This document shows, piece after piece, positions 8,844 to 20,169 of a DNA stretch of 64,000 bases; within the stretch, counting starts at the first letter, position 1; each line of letters begins with the position of its first letter. Under the pieces are notes generated by a model. That model was not told the DNA's origin and did no database searches. It saw only the letters and a program-made list of their open reading frames with translations. This stretch comes from Bacteroidaceae bacterium (lineage in GTDB: Archaea > Methanobacteriota > Methanobacteria > Methanobacteriales > Methanobacteriaceae): contig CAVDAS010000001.1 in assembly GCA_963606955.1 (NCBI GenBank), forward strand, positions 31,871-95,870, given 5' to 3'. The translations under genes and the position numbers were made by a program.

Positions 8844-9955
8844 ATGGCAACATTTAAAGGATTTGCAATGAAAAAACTAAATGAAACTGGTTAGGTTGAA
8901 AAAGAAGTTCCTGAATGCGGACCATTAGATGCAATTGTAAGACCAACATGTGTCTCACCTTGTACTTCAGACATACATACTGTATGGGAAGGAGCTATAA
9001 GTGATAGAAAAGACATGGTTTTAGGTTACGAAGCTGTGGTGTTGTAGAAGAAGTCGGTAGCTTAGTAAAAAATGTTAAAGTAGGAGATAAAGTAATTGTT
9101 CCAGCTATTACTCCAGACTGGGATGATGAAGCTGCTCAAAGAGGTTACCCTTCACAAACTACAGAACCATTAGGCGGATGGAAATTTTCAAATTTCAAAG
9201 ACGGAGTATTTGGAGAAAGATTCCATGTTAACTTAGCTGATGCTAACTTAGCTTTAATGGCTGAAGGTTTAAGTGATGAAGCTGCAGTAATGCTTGTAGA
9301 TATGTGGTCTACAGGAATGATGGAATCAGAAAATGCTGATATCCCATTAGGAAGAAGTGTATTAGTAATTGGAATTGGTGCTGTAGGACTTTCAGCTATT
9401 GCAGGTGCTGCCCTTTTAGGTGCAGCAGATATTTATGCTGCTGGAACCCGTCCTGTTTCAGTAAAAGTTGCAAAAGAATACGGAGCTACAGAAATTATTA
9501 ATTACAGAGAAGCTCCAATTGATGAACAAATCAGAGAACTTACAGATGGAGCAGGTGTTGATTCTGTAATTATTGCAGGTGGAAACCTATCTAACACCTG
9601 GAAAGAAGCTATAGCTAGTGCTAAAGCTGGAGGAACCGTCTTCAATGTAAACTACTTAAGTGGAGGAGACAATGTTTTACTTCCTAGAGTAGAATGGGGA
9701 TGTGGTATGTCAAATATCAATATCAAAAATGGATTATGTCCTGGCGGACGTGTAAGAATGGAAAGATTAGCTCGTCTTGCACTTACAAACCGTGCAGATC
9801 CAGAACTTTTAGTTACTCATAGGTTCAAAGGCCTCGAAAAAATCGAAGATGCCTTATACCTAGAGCATTTCAATCAATTTGGAGAAGATATTGATGGCCT
9901 TTTAGAAAAAGATTTAGAAATTACTGTATTTTCAGCTGAAAATGTTGAACTTTAA
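8844..9955 (+). pseudogene. NADP-dependent (secondary) alcohol dehydrogenase of the TbADH type, disrupted
   Basis: The reading MATFKGFAMKKLNETG*VEKE..CTSDIHTVWEG..LGYEAV/VVEEVGS matches the TbADH family. Lesions: an in-frame TAG at 8892-8894 where the family has Trp, a 1-nt deletion near 9036-9041 (frame 0 then stops at 9045, and the rest continues in frame 2 to 9955), and Tyr in place of the zinc-ligand His of GHE. Confidence 0.8.
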
Positions 9956-10153
9956 TATTTTTCTTTTTACTTTAAATCCAAAAAACTAAAAGTATATTAA
10001 TATCTTTATAGAAATAATTTAATATTATCAAATAAATGATAATATTTTATAATTTTTATACTCTATGTTACTAGTATTATGGACTATATATTAGGTAGCT
10101 GATAACATAGATTCATTTACCCAGTGCATTAATTTATAAAAGAGGTTATTTAA

Positions 10154-10450
10154 ATGCAAAGATCAAGAGGATTTAGAAGTAAATCAAGAAGAAAAATGAC
10201 TAAAGTAGCAAGAGAAGGTAGATCCAACCCAATTACCAACAAACTTCAAAGATTTGAAGAAGGAGACTTAGTTCACATTACTATTAACCCAAGTATCCAA
10301 AAAGGTCAACCACATCCAAGATTCCATGGAAAAACTGGTAAAATTACTGATAAAAAAGGAAAAGCTTACATTGTTTCATTAACTGATGGAAACAAAGCAA
10401 AAGAATTAATTATCAGACCTGATCACTTAAAATTACAAACAAACCAATAA
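10154..10450 (+). CDS. rpl21e: 50S ribosomal protein L21e
   Basis: 98 aa. The N-terminal [14 protein letters not shown] and basic composition are typical of L21e. Confidence 0.9.
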   Translation: MQRSRGFRSKSRRKMTKVAREGRSNPITNKLQRFEEGDLVHITINPSIQKGQPHPRFHGKTGKITDKKGKAYIVSLTDGNKAKELIIRPDHLKLQTNQ

Positions 10451-10804
10451 ATGATAACTATGATTGGGAAAAAAATAATTGAGAGCGAACCAATTCAAAG
10501 TGTAAAAGTTAAAGAAGCTCTCGAAGAATTTTCACAGGAAAACGAATTAAATTACGAACAAAATATCACTTTAAACCATCTTGCAAGATTTAAAAGATAT
10601 TCTGTTGAAGACTCAGAAAAAATAATATCTGAACTTAAAGACAAAATTGGTTTAAGGCATAAACTCGCTGTTCGTATTGTTGATTTAATTCCACAAGATT
10701 TATCTGATTTAAGATTAATATTTGCTAAAGAAGCTACACATATTGAAAAAGAGCAAATGGAAGATATTCTCGAAATCTTAGATCAATATACCATCATCGA
10801 ATAG
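10451..10804 (+). CDS. rpoF: DNA-directed RNA polymerase subunit F (Rpo4)
   Basis: 117 aa. It abuts the L21e stop, which is the conserved archaeal L21e-RpoF-DUF655-KsgA gene order. Confidence 0.8.
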   Translation: MITMIGKKIIESEPIQSVKVKEALEEFSQENELNYEQNITLNHLARFKRYSVEDSEKIISELKDKIGLRHKLAVRIVDLIPQDLSDLRLIFAKEATHIEKEQMEDILEILDQYTIIE

Positions 10805-11054
10805 TTTTTAAACTATTCTTCTTTTTTTTACTTTTTAATCATAAAACAATACTATTACCACTTTTTAGATATGTTTATTTAACTTAACAATCATAACCTA
10901 TAACTATAGTTTATTTAATTGGCAATAAAACTTTTAAGAAAAATGAATTGTAAACTATTAAAACACTTAATATTTCCTTACTAACAATTAATTAGTTAAT
11001 ATAGGAAATTCCATCCTCACTGAGGGCGGAGTAGTTCAAAGGTGAAGTGATAAA

Positions 11055-11699
11055 ATGGAAACAAAAAACAAAAAACAAAAAATACCAACAGCAACTGAAG
11101 AAAATGCTGTTATATTAGATTATCTCAGTTTAGGATATGTGAACTCAGATATGTCTAAATTTAAAGGTAAAGCAATTGCTCAAGCTATTGGTGCTGACTA
11201 TTTCACTTTACTCGAATTAGTTCCTAAAAAAGGAGTTGATTTAGAAATTCAAGAAACTGTATATATTGGAAAAGGAAAAAGAGATAAAATATATAAAGTT
11301 CTTGGAAAATTAAACTATGAAAACTTAACTGCAACTAGTAGAATTGAGTTAGAATATAGTATACGTGAAATAGTTGAAAAAAATGAAGAAAAATTTGTTG
11401 AATTCTTCAATACTGCAGGAGCAATCAGTACCCGACTTCACAAATTAGAATTGATTCCTGGAATTGGTAAAAAACACATGTGGGAAATTGTTGAAGCTAG
11501 AAAAGAAAAACCATTTGAAAGCTTCGAAGATATAACTAAAAGAATACCTTCATTAAGTGATCCTGGAGAAATGATTGTAAACAGAGTAAAACAAGAGCTA
11601 GATACAACAACAGCTAAAAAAGGTAAGAAAAAATATTACCTATTTACTCCAATACCAAAAGCTCCAAATAAACATAAAAGGAATCAAAGAAGAAAGTAA
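11055..11699 (+). CDS. DUF655 family protein (OB/HhH putative RNA-binding protein)
   Basis: 214 aa. Contains LIPGIGKKHMWEIVEAR (an HhH motif) and a basic tail. An AAGGTGA SD lies upstream. The position before ksgA is conserved. Confidence 0.75.
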   Translation: METKNKKQKIPTATEENAVILDYLSLGYVNSDMSKFKGKAIAQAIGADYFTLLELVPKKGVDLEIQETVYIGKGKRDKIYKVLGKLNYENLTATSRIELEYSIREIVEKNEEKFVEFFNTAGAISTRLHKLELIPGIGKKHMWEIVEARKEKPFESFEDITKRIPSLSDPGEMIVNRVKQELDTTTAKKGKKKYYLFTPIPKAPNKHKRNQRRK

Positions 11700-12620
11700 G
11701 TGATAACCTTGAATAATGATGCTACTTCCTCCTCATTATCTAAAACAACAAAAGCTATCCTTAATGAATATGGAATTAAATTAAATAAAAATCTTGGACA
11801 AAACTATTTAATAGATAGAAATAAACGAGACCAGCTTATTAAATTCGCTAATCTTACAAAAGAAGATGTTGTATTAGAAATAGGTCCTGGAATTGGCACA
11901 TTAACAATTGAACTTGCTAAACGGGCAAAAAAAGTAATAGCTATTGAACAAGATTCTAATATTTGCCAGATATTAGAAAACCGATTAAAAAGTGAAAATA
12001 TAGATAATGTAGAATTAATTAATGATGATGCACTAAATGTTGAATTTCCAAAATTTAACAAAATCATCTCAAATCTACCTTATCAAATTTCATCACCAAT
12101 TACCTTTAAATTCTTAAATTATGACTTCCAGCTAGCTATTTTAATGTATCAAAAAGAGTTTGCGTCTAGAATGAATGGAAAAGTAGGAAGTAAAGATTAT
12201 TCTAGACTCTCAGCTATGTTATATTTTAAATGTGATGTTGAAACACTAGCTAGTGTAAGTGCTGAAAGTTTTATTCCAAAGCCAAAAGTTGATTCTACTG
12301 TTGTTAAATTAACTCCAAAACTTCCACAGTTAACCGGAGAGCTAAAAAATTTAAATATTGATGAAATAAGTAAAACTGATTTTGAAATTTATTCCAAATT
12401 TGTAAAAGCCCTATTTCAGCATAGAAATAAAAAAGTTAAAAATGCTTTAATTGATTCCAGACATATTATAACTGATTTAGATAAAAAAGAAATGAAAGTT
12501 AAACTAAATTCAATTAAGCAAAAGAAAATTGAACAACTCTTAACCCAAAGAATAACCACTATAACACCTGAAGAAATACTTTATCTTTCAATACATTTAA
12601 ATTCTATTTTAAAGGAGTAA
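11700..12620 (+). CDS. ksgA: 16S rRNA (adenine1518/1519-N6)-dimethyltransferase KsgA/Dim1
   Basis: Motifs LGQNYLID, EIGPGIGTLT and NLPYQISS. The start is GTG at 11700 (TTG at 11709 is an alternative), immediately after the DUF655 stop. Confidence 0.9.
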   Translation: MITLNNDATSSSLSKTTKAILNEYGIKLNKNLGQNYLIDRNKRDQLIKFANLTKEDVVLEIGPGIGTLTIELAKRAKKVIAIEQDSNICQILENRLKSENIDNVELINDDALNVEFPKFNKIISNLPYQISSPITFKFLNYDFQLAILMYQKEFASRMNGKVGSKDYSRLSAMLYFKCDVETLASVSAESFIPKPKVDSTVVKLTPKLPQLTGELKNLNIDEISKTDFEIYSKFVKALFQHRNKKVKNALIDSRHIITDLDKKEMKVKLNSIKQKKIEQLLTQRITTITPEEILYLSIHLNSILKE

Positions 12621-12626
12621 TATTTA

Positions 12627-13208
12627 ATGGATAATTTTATAATAGATACTGCTGAGACTGTTTATACACCTGCTGAAGATAGCTATATGCTAGCTGAAAA
12701 CCTTTTAATTAAAGAAGGACAAAGTGTTTTAGAAATTGGAACAGGGTCTGGAATAGTAGCTATGTACGCTTCCAAATTAACTTCTAAAGTTACAGCTACA
12801 GATATTAATTATGATGCCCTAGAATTAGCTAGTAAAAATTTTAAAGCCAATAATATTGAAAATATTGAATTATTGTTTGGCAATTTATTCGAACCTGTAA
12901 AAGATAGAAAGTTTGATGTAATTTTATTTAATACTCCATATCTACCTACTGAAAATGATGAAGTTCTTGATGATAATTTAAATTATGCATTTGATGGTGG
13001 CCTAGATGGTAGGAAAGTTATTAATCTTTTTTTAAATGAAGTGAAAAATTACTTAAACGATGGTGGAATTGTCCAACTAATTCAGTCTTCACTTTGTGAC
13101 AACAAGAAAACATTAGATATTCTAGATAGTCAAGGTTTTGTATCAGAAATAGCAGTTAGTGAACACTTCTTTTTTGAAGATGTTGTATTAATAAATGGTT
13201 ATTTATAA
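12627..13208 (+). CDS. HemK/Mtq2-like class I SAM-dependent methyltransferase
   Basis: 193 aa. SAM motif LEIGTGSGIV and an NPPY-variant FNTPYLP. Confidence 0.7.
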   Translation: MDNFIIDTAETVYTPAEDSYMLAENLLIKEGQSVLEIGTGSGIVAMYASKLTSKVTATDINYDALELASKNFKANNIENIELLFGNLFEPVKDRKFDVILFNTPYLPTENDEVLDDNLNYAFDGGLDGRKVINLFLNEVKNYLNDGGIVQLIQSSLCDNKKTLDILDSQGFVSEIAVSEHFFFEDVVLINGYL

Positions 13209-13224
13209 AAAAAGTAAAGAGAAA

Positions 13225-14085
13225 TTATTGAATTTCTCCATCAAAGACTAATTCTGCAGGACCTTCCATAAAAGCACCTAACTCATCGTCTTTTTCATAT
13301 ACATTAAATTTTAAGTCTCCACCAGGAAGGTGTAATAAAACATCACTATCAAAAAGACCTAATTTAACACCAGAAATAGCTGTTGAAGTAGCACCAGTTC
13401 CACAAGCTAGTGTAACTCCTGCTCCACGTTCCCAAGTAAGCATCCTACCTTCATTTTTAGACATTACTTCAACAAAATGAACATTGATTTTTTCTGGGAA
13501 AACTTCATGTGTTTCAATAGCTGGACCATATTTATCAATGTCAATTTCGTCAAGATTATCAACAAATATAATTGCATGAGGATTTCCTACGCTAATAGCT
13601 GTGGTATTAAATGTTGTATCTAATACTTCTAATGGAGAGTCTAAGAATTCATCTACATCACAAGTCATTGGAATTTCAGGAGTTTTAAAAGTAGATGTTC
13701 CCATATCAACTTTAAATAAGACAGGTTCATCATTTTCTAATGTGATTTCAATAGTTTTAATTCCGGATTTTGTCTCTACAGTCATTTTTTCTTGTTTTAA
13801 TATGCCTTTTCTGTATACAAAATCACCAAAACATCTAATACCATTACCACACATTTCAGCTTCGCTTCCATCAGGATTAAACATTCGATACCCAATATCA
13901 GCAACATCAGAAGGAGTTACAAATAATACCCCATCCCCACCTACACCAAAATGTCTATGACATAAGAATCTACATGCTTCAGCTTTATCTGCTTCAGGTA
14001 TTACTTCTCCAGCACTTTCATCAATTATTGGAAAATCATTACCGATTCCATGCATTTTAGAGAATTTTAATCCTTTTAAATCCAT
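13225..14085 (-). CDS. dapF: Diaminopimelate epimerase
   Basis: Motifs MHGIGNDF, MCGNGIRC and ACGTGATS, which carry the two catalytic Cys. Confidence 0.92.
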   Translation of the reverse strand: MDLKGLKFSKMHGIGNDFPIIDESAGEVIPEADKAEACRFLCHRHFGVGGDGVLFVTPSDVADIGYRMFNPDGSEAEMCGNGIRCFGDFVYRKGILKQEKMTVETKSGIKTIEITLENDEPVLFKVDMGTSTFKTPEIPMTCDVDEFLDSPLEVLDTTFNTTAISVGNPHAIIFVDNLDEIDIDKYGPAIETHEVFPEKINVHFVEVMSKNEGRMLTWERGAGVTLACGTGATSTAISGVKLGLFDSDVLLHLPGGDLKFNVYEKDDELGAFMEGPAELVFDGEIQ

Positions 14086-14093
14086 CTTTTCAC

Positions 14094-15377
14094 CTATTGT
14101 AAGTAATCCGGAATTGTTTGTTTATTAAATAAATCTTCAAAAGTTTCTCTTTCACGAGTTAAGAAGCATTCTCCGTCACGAACAAGGATTTCAGATGCTT
14201 TTGGCCTTGAATTGTAATTTGAAGACATTGTAAATCCATATGCTCCTGCATTAAGAATAGCTAGTAAGTCTCCTTCTTCAACATCAGGCATTGGTCTGTC
14301 TCTTGCAAATAAATCTCCTGATTCACATACATTTCCTGCAATATCTACTTCTTGAGTGTTTGGTGCATCCATTTTATTAGCTAAAACAATATGGTGGTAA
14401 GAATCATACATTGCTGGTCTAAGTAAAGTATGGAATCCTGAATCTACACCTAAGAATTTTCTGTAACTTTGTTTTACACTGTTTACACGAGTTAAAAGTA
14501 CACTTGCATCTCCTACTAAGTATCTTCCAGGTTCAAGATACATTGTTGGATTACCTAAATCATGTTCTTCTAATTTAGATTTAAATAAAGCAATGTTTTC
14601 TTTTGCAAAAGTATCAATATCTACAAGGTTTTCTTCAGGAGTGTATGGAATTCCAACTCCCCCACCGAAGTCTACAAATTCAAAGTCCACGCCTGCTTCA
14701 TTATGTACTTTTCCTGCAATATCTATTGTTGATTCAATAGCTAGTTTAAATGGTTCCGGATCTAAGATTCCTGAACCGATGTGGGAGTGCATACCTACTG
14801 GAGTAAATCCTAGCTCTTCTGCAAGTTTGTATACTTCTACAGCTTCATTATCCATAATACCGAATTTACTCATTACTCCACCAGTAATACAGTGATCATG
14901 ATGACCTGCACCTACCATTGGGTTTACTCTAAATGATATTTTGAATCCTTCCGGATCAACTACTTTAGCTAATCTTTTTAATGCTGAAACTGAGTCTAAA
15001 TTAAGAACTGCACCTTGATCAGCCACAAATTTTAATTCTTCAGTAGTTACATTGTTACCAGTGAATAATATCCTATCTCCAGAGAAACCTAATTTTTTAG
15101 AAGTGTATACTTCTCCAGGAGATACTGCATCAATACAACATCCTTCACTTTCAAGAATTCTCATTACAGCTAAGTTAGTATTAGCTTTACATGCATAATA
15201 TACTTTAAAATCAGGATAATATTTTGAAAAGGCATTATAAAATCTATTATAATTATCTTTTATTCTGTTTTCATCTATGACATATGTAGGAGTTCCAAAT
15301 TCCTCAGCAATGTCACATACATCAGCTCCACCTACATCTAAGTGGTTTTTATCATTGGTTTTGATATTTAAATCCAT
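14094..15377 (-). CDS. lysA: Diaminopimelate decarboxylase
   Basis: Motifs YACKAN (PLP Lys), DFGGGVGI and CESGD. It is adjacent to dapF. Confidence 0.92.
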   Translation of the reverse strand: MDLNIKTNDKNHLDVGGADVCDIAEEFGTPTYVIDENRIKDNYNRFYNAFSKYYPDFKVYYACKANTNLAVMRILESEGCCIDAVSPGEVYTSKKLGFSGDRILFTGNNVTTEELKFVADQGAVLNLDSVSALKRLAKVVDPEGFKISFRVNPMVGAGHHDHCITGGVMSKFGIMDNEAVEVYKLAEELGFTPVGMHSHIGSGILDPEPFKLAIESTIDIAGKVHNEAGVDFEFVDFGGGVGIPYTPEENLVDIDTFAKENIALFKSKLEEHDLGNPTMYLEPGRYLVGDASVLLTRVNSVKQSYRKFLGVDSGFHTLLRPAMYDSYHHIVLANKMDAPNTQEVDIAGNVCESGDLFARDRPMPDVEEGDLLAILNAGAYGFTMSSNYNSRPKASEILVRDGECFLTRERETFEDLFNKQTIPDYLQ

Positions 15378-15464
15378 TTTTTAAAAACTCCTGTAATTTA
15401 AATTACTAATCTAATTTTTATTATATATTGTATTTAAAATTAAGGAAGGAAAAAAATTTTCCGA

Positions 15465-16526
15465 TTAATCATAACCAATGTATTTAGCAGGAACTCCTAT
15501 CTTAATTAAAGCTGAAATAATAACACAGCACAAGAATGCTAAAACAAATGTCAATAAAACAATTCCAATAACATTATCTAAAAATGAAATATTAACAAAT
15601 GTGGTTAATATAAGCAATAATGATTGATTAAGTAGATAAACTCCATAACAAGACCTACTAATTGTCATTATAGAATAATTAAACTTTTTACTATTATGAA
15701 CCCTTTTTAAAATCCTATTATTTTGAATTTTTGGATCATTTAAATATTTAATCATTATAAATACTCCAGCAGCCTGTAAAATAGCTACCACACTTACATC
15801 TACATAATTTTCAGTTAGGAAATTATAATGATGCAGGAATATTGTTTTTTGAATTCCATTTACAAAAATGTCAAAATGTATCATATAAGCTGTTGTTATT
15901 AAAAATATGATAAAACCAACTAATATTAACCATTTGGAGTTTATATTGAATTTCTGGTTTTCCAGATAATATCCTAAAAACATGTAAAGGATTGGACCTA
16001 TGAAGAAAGTTAGATTAAAATAGGTTGGAGACCCAATATATGCGATTAGTTGGTAGATAAGTGATGCGGAAATTGCAAGGATAAGGAAATATTTTGCACC
16101 TTTTAATTTTGTTGACCTAACATATGGAGCAAATATAGGTAAAGATAAGTAAAGACCAAGTAACATCCAAGCATACCAATGTTGAGTCATAAATTTAGAT
16201 ATGAAAAAATCGACACTAAGGTTACCTGCAGATGCACACATAAGTATAGCTAATAATCCATTCCAAATTAAAAATGGGACAAAAATCCTTATAAAATCTG
16301 TTTTAATAAATGTTTTAATGTCTGAATAATCTCTATCAAGCATTAACAAACCTAAAAGCATGAGAAATATCGGTACACCAAATCCAAAAGTTGTGAAAAT
16401 AACATACTCCTGCAAATCACCTACACTTTTATATTTAAAAAGCATAGCTATGTTTATTGCGATTAAAAAAAGTATACTAATTGCCCTTAACTGATCAACA
16501 TATCTTATTCTTTCATTAAATTCCAT
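15465..16526 (-). CDS. Acyltransferase family 3 (Acyl_transf_3) integral membrane protein
   Basis: 353 aa with about 10 TM segments. N-terminal YVDQLRAISILFLI matches the family hallmark (D.lR... followed by a hydrophobic helix). Confidence 0.6.
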   Translation of the reverse strand: MEFNERIRYVDQLRAISILFLIAINIAMLFKYKSVGDLQEYVIFTTFGFGVPIFLMLLGLLMLDRDYSDIKTFIKTDFIRIFVPFLIWNGLLAILMCASAGNLSVDFFISKFMTQHWYAWMLLGLYLSLPIFAPYVRSTKLKGAKYFLILAISASLIYQLIAYIGSPTYFNLTFFIGPILYMFLGYYLENQKFNINSKWLILVGFIIFLITTAYMIHFDIFVNGIQKTIFLHHYNFLTENYVDVSVVAILQAAGVFIMIKYLNDPKIQNNRILKRVHNSKKFNYSIMTISRSCYGVYLLNQSLLLILTTFVNISFLDNVIGIVLLTFVLAFLCCVIISALIKIGVPAKYIGYD

Positions 16527-16677
16527 TATTCTTTACCTTCTATCAAGTTGAACTATAATACGATAAATAGTTATGAAACTTAATATCTTATAAATATTAC
16601 CCTTGAAATCATACTAAAAATGAACAAAATAAGAATATAGACAACATCCAAAATAATTAAATAGCTACTAATAGCAA

Positions 16678-17106
16678 ATGAGTAAAATAGGTGAATTTAA
16701 AATGGAAAAACCTTACGGACTTACAATGAGAGGAATCGTTAAAAATAAAGATAATAAAATATTAATCCTTAGAAGACATCCAAAATCCAGAACAAATCCT
16801 CACAAATGGGAATTACCTGGAGGAAAAGTAGATCCTGGAGAATTTTTCGATGAAGCATTAATACGTGAAATAAAAGAAGAAACTAATTTAGACGGATTAG
16901 TTGGAGACTTCTGCGAAGCCATACAAGATGATTATGTCCATAAAAGAACTGTTCAAGTTATTATGTATTTGAAAAACCTTACGGGAGAAGTGGCTATTAG
17001 TGATGAACATGATGACTGGATGTGGGCAGATTTAGAAAAAATAAAAACATTAGAATTATCAACAGCTTTTGAAAAGCTTTTAGAAAAGAAAAATTGGGAA
17101 ATTTAA
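16678..17106 (+). CDS. NUDIX hydrolase
   Basis: Nudix box GGKVDPGEFFDEALIREIKEETNL. Alternative ATG at 16702. Confidence 0.8.
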   Translation: MSKIGEFKMEKPYGLTMRGIVKNKDNKILILRRHPKSRTNPHKWELPGGKVDPGEFFDEALIREIKEETNLDGLVGDFCEAIQDDYVHKRTVQVIMYLKNLTGEVAISDEHDDWMWADLEKIKTLELSTAFEKLLEKKNWEI

Positions 17107-18269
17107 AGAGCTTTATCCAAAGCATCTATAAACTCATCAATTTCTTTTTTAGTAATTATAAGAGGTGGAACAAATCTTAAAACATTTCCTGCAGTGCAGT
17201 TAATTAAGAATCCCATTTCTCTTAATTTATCAACATATTCTGCGCCGTTTTGGGTTAATTCAACACCAATCATTAAACCATAGCCTCTAACCTCAGCAAT
17301 ATTGTCGTGTTTTTCTTTTAAGCCATTTAATTGCTCTTTAAAATAAGCACCTACTTCTTTGGAATTTTCTAATAAATTCTCATCAAAAATTGTATCTAAA
17401 ACAGCATTAGCTGCCGCACAAACTAGAGGACTTCCGCCGAAAGTAGTTCCATGGTCTCCAGGGACAAAACCACTAGCTACTTTTTCAGTCGCAAGAAATG
17501 CACCCATAGGAACCCCTCCACCAATTCCTTTAGCTACAGTCATAATATCCACTTTTATATCGAAAATTTCATGGGCAAATAAAGTTCCGCATCTTCCAAA
17601 ACCAGTTTGAACTTCATCTAAAATTAAAAGAATATCATTTTCCTCACAAATTTTAGCTATTTCATCAAAATACTCTTGAGATGGGACATTTACTCCACCT
17701 TCACCCTGAATTGGTTCAAGCATAATAGCTGCAGTTTCATCGCTGATAGCTTCTTTAATAGCTTCAATATCATTATATGGAACTTCAATAAAACCTTGTG
17801 GGAGATTTTTTAAATATGGTTCCTTATATTCATCATGACCTGTAGCAGCTAATGTTAATAAAGTTCTTCCATGAAAAGAATCTTTAGCTGTAATAATTTC
17901 GCTTTTGCCTGTGTATTTTAGAGCTAATTTAATAGCACCTTCATTAGCTTCTGCCCCGCTATTTGCATAGAATAATCTGTCAAATTGAGTTAAAGGAAGT
18001 AATTTTTTAGCATATTCAATAGCAGGTTCATTATAATAAATGTTTGAAATATGAATAAGCTTTTCAATTTGGCCTTGAAGAGCATTAACTAATTTAGGAT
18101 GTGAATGTCCTAAAGAATTTACAGCAATTCCTGCAAACATATCAGTATATTCGTTTCCATCTTTATCCCATACTTTTACACCGCTACCATGGTCTAGGAC
18201 AATTGGTTGTCTTGTAAAAGTGTTAATAAAATATTTATCTTCAGCTTCAATAAGTTCATTTGTGTTCAT
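17103..18269 (-). CDS. argD: Acetylornithine aminotransferase (class III PLP aminotransferase)
   Basis: Motifs [14 protein letters not shown] and [10 protein letters not shown] place the start at ATG 18269 ([13 protein letters not shown]...). The 59-aa N-terminal extension in the ORF track is low-complexity and overlaps the divergent neighbour. Confidence 0.88.
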   Translation of the reverse strand: MNTNELIEAEDKYFINTFTRQPIVLDHGSGVKVWDKDGNEYTDMFAGIAVNSLGHSHPKLVNALQGQIEKLIHISNIYYNEPAIEYAKKLLPLTQFDRLFYANSGAEANEGAIKLALKYTGKSEIITAKDSFHGRTLLTLAATGHDEYKEPYLKNLPQGFIEVPYNDIEAIKEAISDETAAIMLEPIQGEGGVNVPSQEYFDEIAKICEENDILLILDEVQTGFGRCGTLFAHEIFDIKVDIMTVAKGIGGGVPMGAFLATEKVASGFVPGDHGTTFGGSPLVCAAANAVLDTIFDENLLENSKEVGAYFKEQLNGLKEKHDNIAEVRGYGLMIGVELTQNGAEYVDKLREMGFLINCTAGNVLRFVPPLIITKKEIDEFIDALDKAL

Positions 18270-18342
18270 AAAATACTTCCATAAAATACTTATATTAACT
18301 ATATTTATAGTATTAATGATATTTAAAATTAAAAGTGATAAA

Positions 18343-18777
18343 ATGAAAGTTGCAATAATTGAAACTGAAAAAGGAACAATTGAATTAGAATTATTCGAAA
18401 AAGATGCGCCAAATACTGTAGCTAACTTTGAAAAACTCATAAACAAAGGATTTTACGATGGATTAACTTTCCACAGAGTTATACCTGATTTTGTAATTCA
18501 AGGTGGTTGTCCTAATGGTAATGGTACTGGAGGACCTGGTTATACTATTAAATGTGAAACCGAAGGAAATCCAAATAAACATGGAACTGGTGCACTTTCA
18601 ATGGCTCATGCAGGTAAAGACACTGGAGGAAGTCAATTCTTCATTACACATTCCCCACAACCACACTTAGACGGAGTACACACTGTATTTGGCCATGTTA
18701 TTGGTAATGGTATGGATGTTGTAAATAAAATCCAACAAGGAGACAAAATGCTCCATTTATCTGTTGAAGAAAGATAG
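18343..18777 (+). CDS. Peptidyl-prolyl cis-trans isomerase, cyclophilin type
   Basis: Motifs [13 protein letters not shown] and GSQFFIT. The start is placed at ATG 18343 ([11 protein letters not shown]); the upstream extension is spurious. Confidence 0.9.
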   Translation: MKVAIIETEKGTIELELFEKDAPNTVANFEKLINKGFYDGLTFHRVIPDFVIQGGCPNGNGTGGPGYTIKCETEGNPNKHGTGALSMAHAGKDTGGSQFFITHSPQPHLDGVHTVFGHVIGNGMDVVNKIQQGDKMLHLSVEER

Positions 18778-20166
18778 TTAAATTTCAACTATCCTCCCTA
18801 TTTTTTTAGATTTAATTCCAACTAAAGAAGCAAATACTGAGACTATACATAACACCATACAAATAAAGAAAGTTATTTGTGAACTGGATATTAATAATAA
18901 GTAATATTTGGGAATTATAGGCACATTACCCATCACAAAAGCAAATACCAAAGTAAGCATTCCCATACTCATTGTCTGACCAATAACTCTCATTGTAGAT
19001 ACTGAAGCAGAAGCTGTAGGAGTGTCTTTTGGCGGAACTGCACCCATAATTGCACTGGTATTTGGAGAAGAGAATATTCCAAATCCTAATCCTTCCAATA
19101 TCAAAGCAAATACTAATAACCACAGTGGAGTGCTAGAATCTAACATAGCAAGTATTCCAATAGCTATTGCTGCAATTCCCATTCCAAGTGCAGATAATAT
19201 TTGAGGATTAACCTTATCTGACAGTCTTCCAGACAATGGAGCTACAATTACTTGAAGTAAAGGTGCTGAGAGTAAAAATAGTCCTGCAAGCTGTGAATCA
19301 AAACCTCTAATATATTGCAAGTGGTAATTTACAATAGTAACAATTGCAAAAGCTGCTAAATATGCACAAAGAGCTGCAAAATTAGCTGATGCAAATTTAG
19401 AATTTTTAAATAACCTAACATCAAATACTGGATATTTTACTCTTAATTCAATAGCTGCGAAAATAGCCAGTGTAATTAAACCTAAAACTGTTAAAATAAC
19501 TCCTAAAGGTTCATTTAATATTGTAAATCCATAAATAAACATTAAAATACCAATACTATAAACTGCAGAGCCTTTCCAGTCTATAGATGTATCTTTAAGA
19601 GAAGCCCATTCTTTATTTACTTTAGTAATTAATAGTACGAGAGTCAATATTAAAAATGGAACTGCAAATACAAATATAAATCTCCATCCTACAGCATGAT
19701 TTAAAAATCCTCCAATAACTGGAGATAATGAAGTAGCAAGATAAACACCAGTAATGTTAATACCAATTGCCTTACCACGTTCCTGAGGCTCAAATGCAGA
19801 TACAACCAAAGCCATAGATGCAACACTTAAAAATGCCCCACCGATTCCCTGAATTATACGGGCAATGAAAAATGTTTCTGTAGATACTGATAAAATAGCT
19901 GCAATTGCTCCAATAAGATAAAGAATAGTTGCTAGAATCATTGATTTTTTAAGACCATATTTTCCTGAAATCTGGCCAACAGGAACTGTAAAAATTGCAA
20001 CAACAAAGAAAAATACCATTGTTACCCAATTTTGAAGAATATTGTCCATTGAAAATTCACTAGCTATGCTAGGAACAGCTATTGTTAAAGCTGATGATAG
20101 AAAAACTGTGAAAAATGAAGATATTACAGCTATAATTAGAACAGCATTTTTTAATTTAAGGTTCAT
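18778..20166 (-). CDS. MFS transporter, DHA2 (14-TMS drug:H+ antiporter)-like
   Basis: 462 aa, about 14 TM helices, MFS-type loops (GKYGLKK, GRLSDK). Confidence 0.75.
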   Translation of the reverse strand: MNLKLKNAVLIIAVISSFFTVFLSSALTIAVPSIASEFSMDNILQNWVTMVFFFVVAIFTVPVGQISGKYGLKKSMILATILYLIGAIAAILSVSTETFFIARIIQGIGGAFLSVASMALVVSAFEPQERGKAIGINITGVYLATSLSPVIGGFLNHAVGWRFIFVFAVPFLILTLVLLITKVNKEWASLKDTSIDWKGSAVYSIGILMFIYGFTILNEPLGVILTVLGLITLAIFAAIELRVKYPVFDVRLFKNSKFASANFAALCAYLAAFAIVTIVNYHLQYIRGFDSQLAGLFLLSAPLLQVIVAPLSGRLSDKVNPQILSALGMGIAAIAIGILAMLDSSTPLWLLVFALILEGLGFGIFSSPNTSAIMGAVPPKDTPTASASVSTMRVIGQTMSMGMLTLVFAFVMGNVPIIPKYYLLLISSSQITFFICMVLCIVSVFASLVGIKSKKIGRIVEI

Positions 20167-20169
20167 TTC

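Noticed and set aside
8892-8894. The in-frame TAG in the ADH locus as possible pyrrolysine or programmed read-through.
   Set aside because: The position corresponds to a conserved Trp, consistent with a TGG to TAG point mutation. The same gene also carries a frameshift and a lost zinc ligand. Methanobacteriales are not known to encode the Pyl machinery.
10805-11054. A 250-bp gap inside the conserved L21e-RpoF-DUF655-KsgA cluster, considered as a possible C/D-box sRNA or other ncRNA. It contains a GC-richer patch, CCTCACTGAGGGCGGAGTAGTTCAAAGG.
   Set aside because: There is no RUGAUGA C box, no paired C/D or C'/D' arrangement, and no stable extended helices. The GC patch looks only superficially tRNA-like and cannot be folded into a cloverleaf.
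18220-18446. Mutually overlapping N-terminal extensions of argD (to 18446) and of the cyclophilin gene (from 18220).
   Set aside because: Both extensions are hydrophobic low-complexity read-through of the shared divergent promoter region. Homologous family N-termini begin at the internal ATGs (18269 and 18343).
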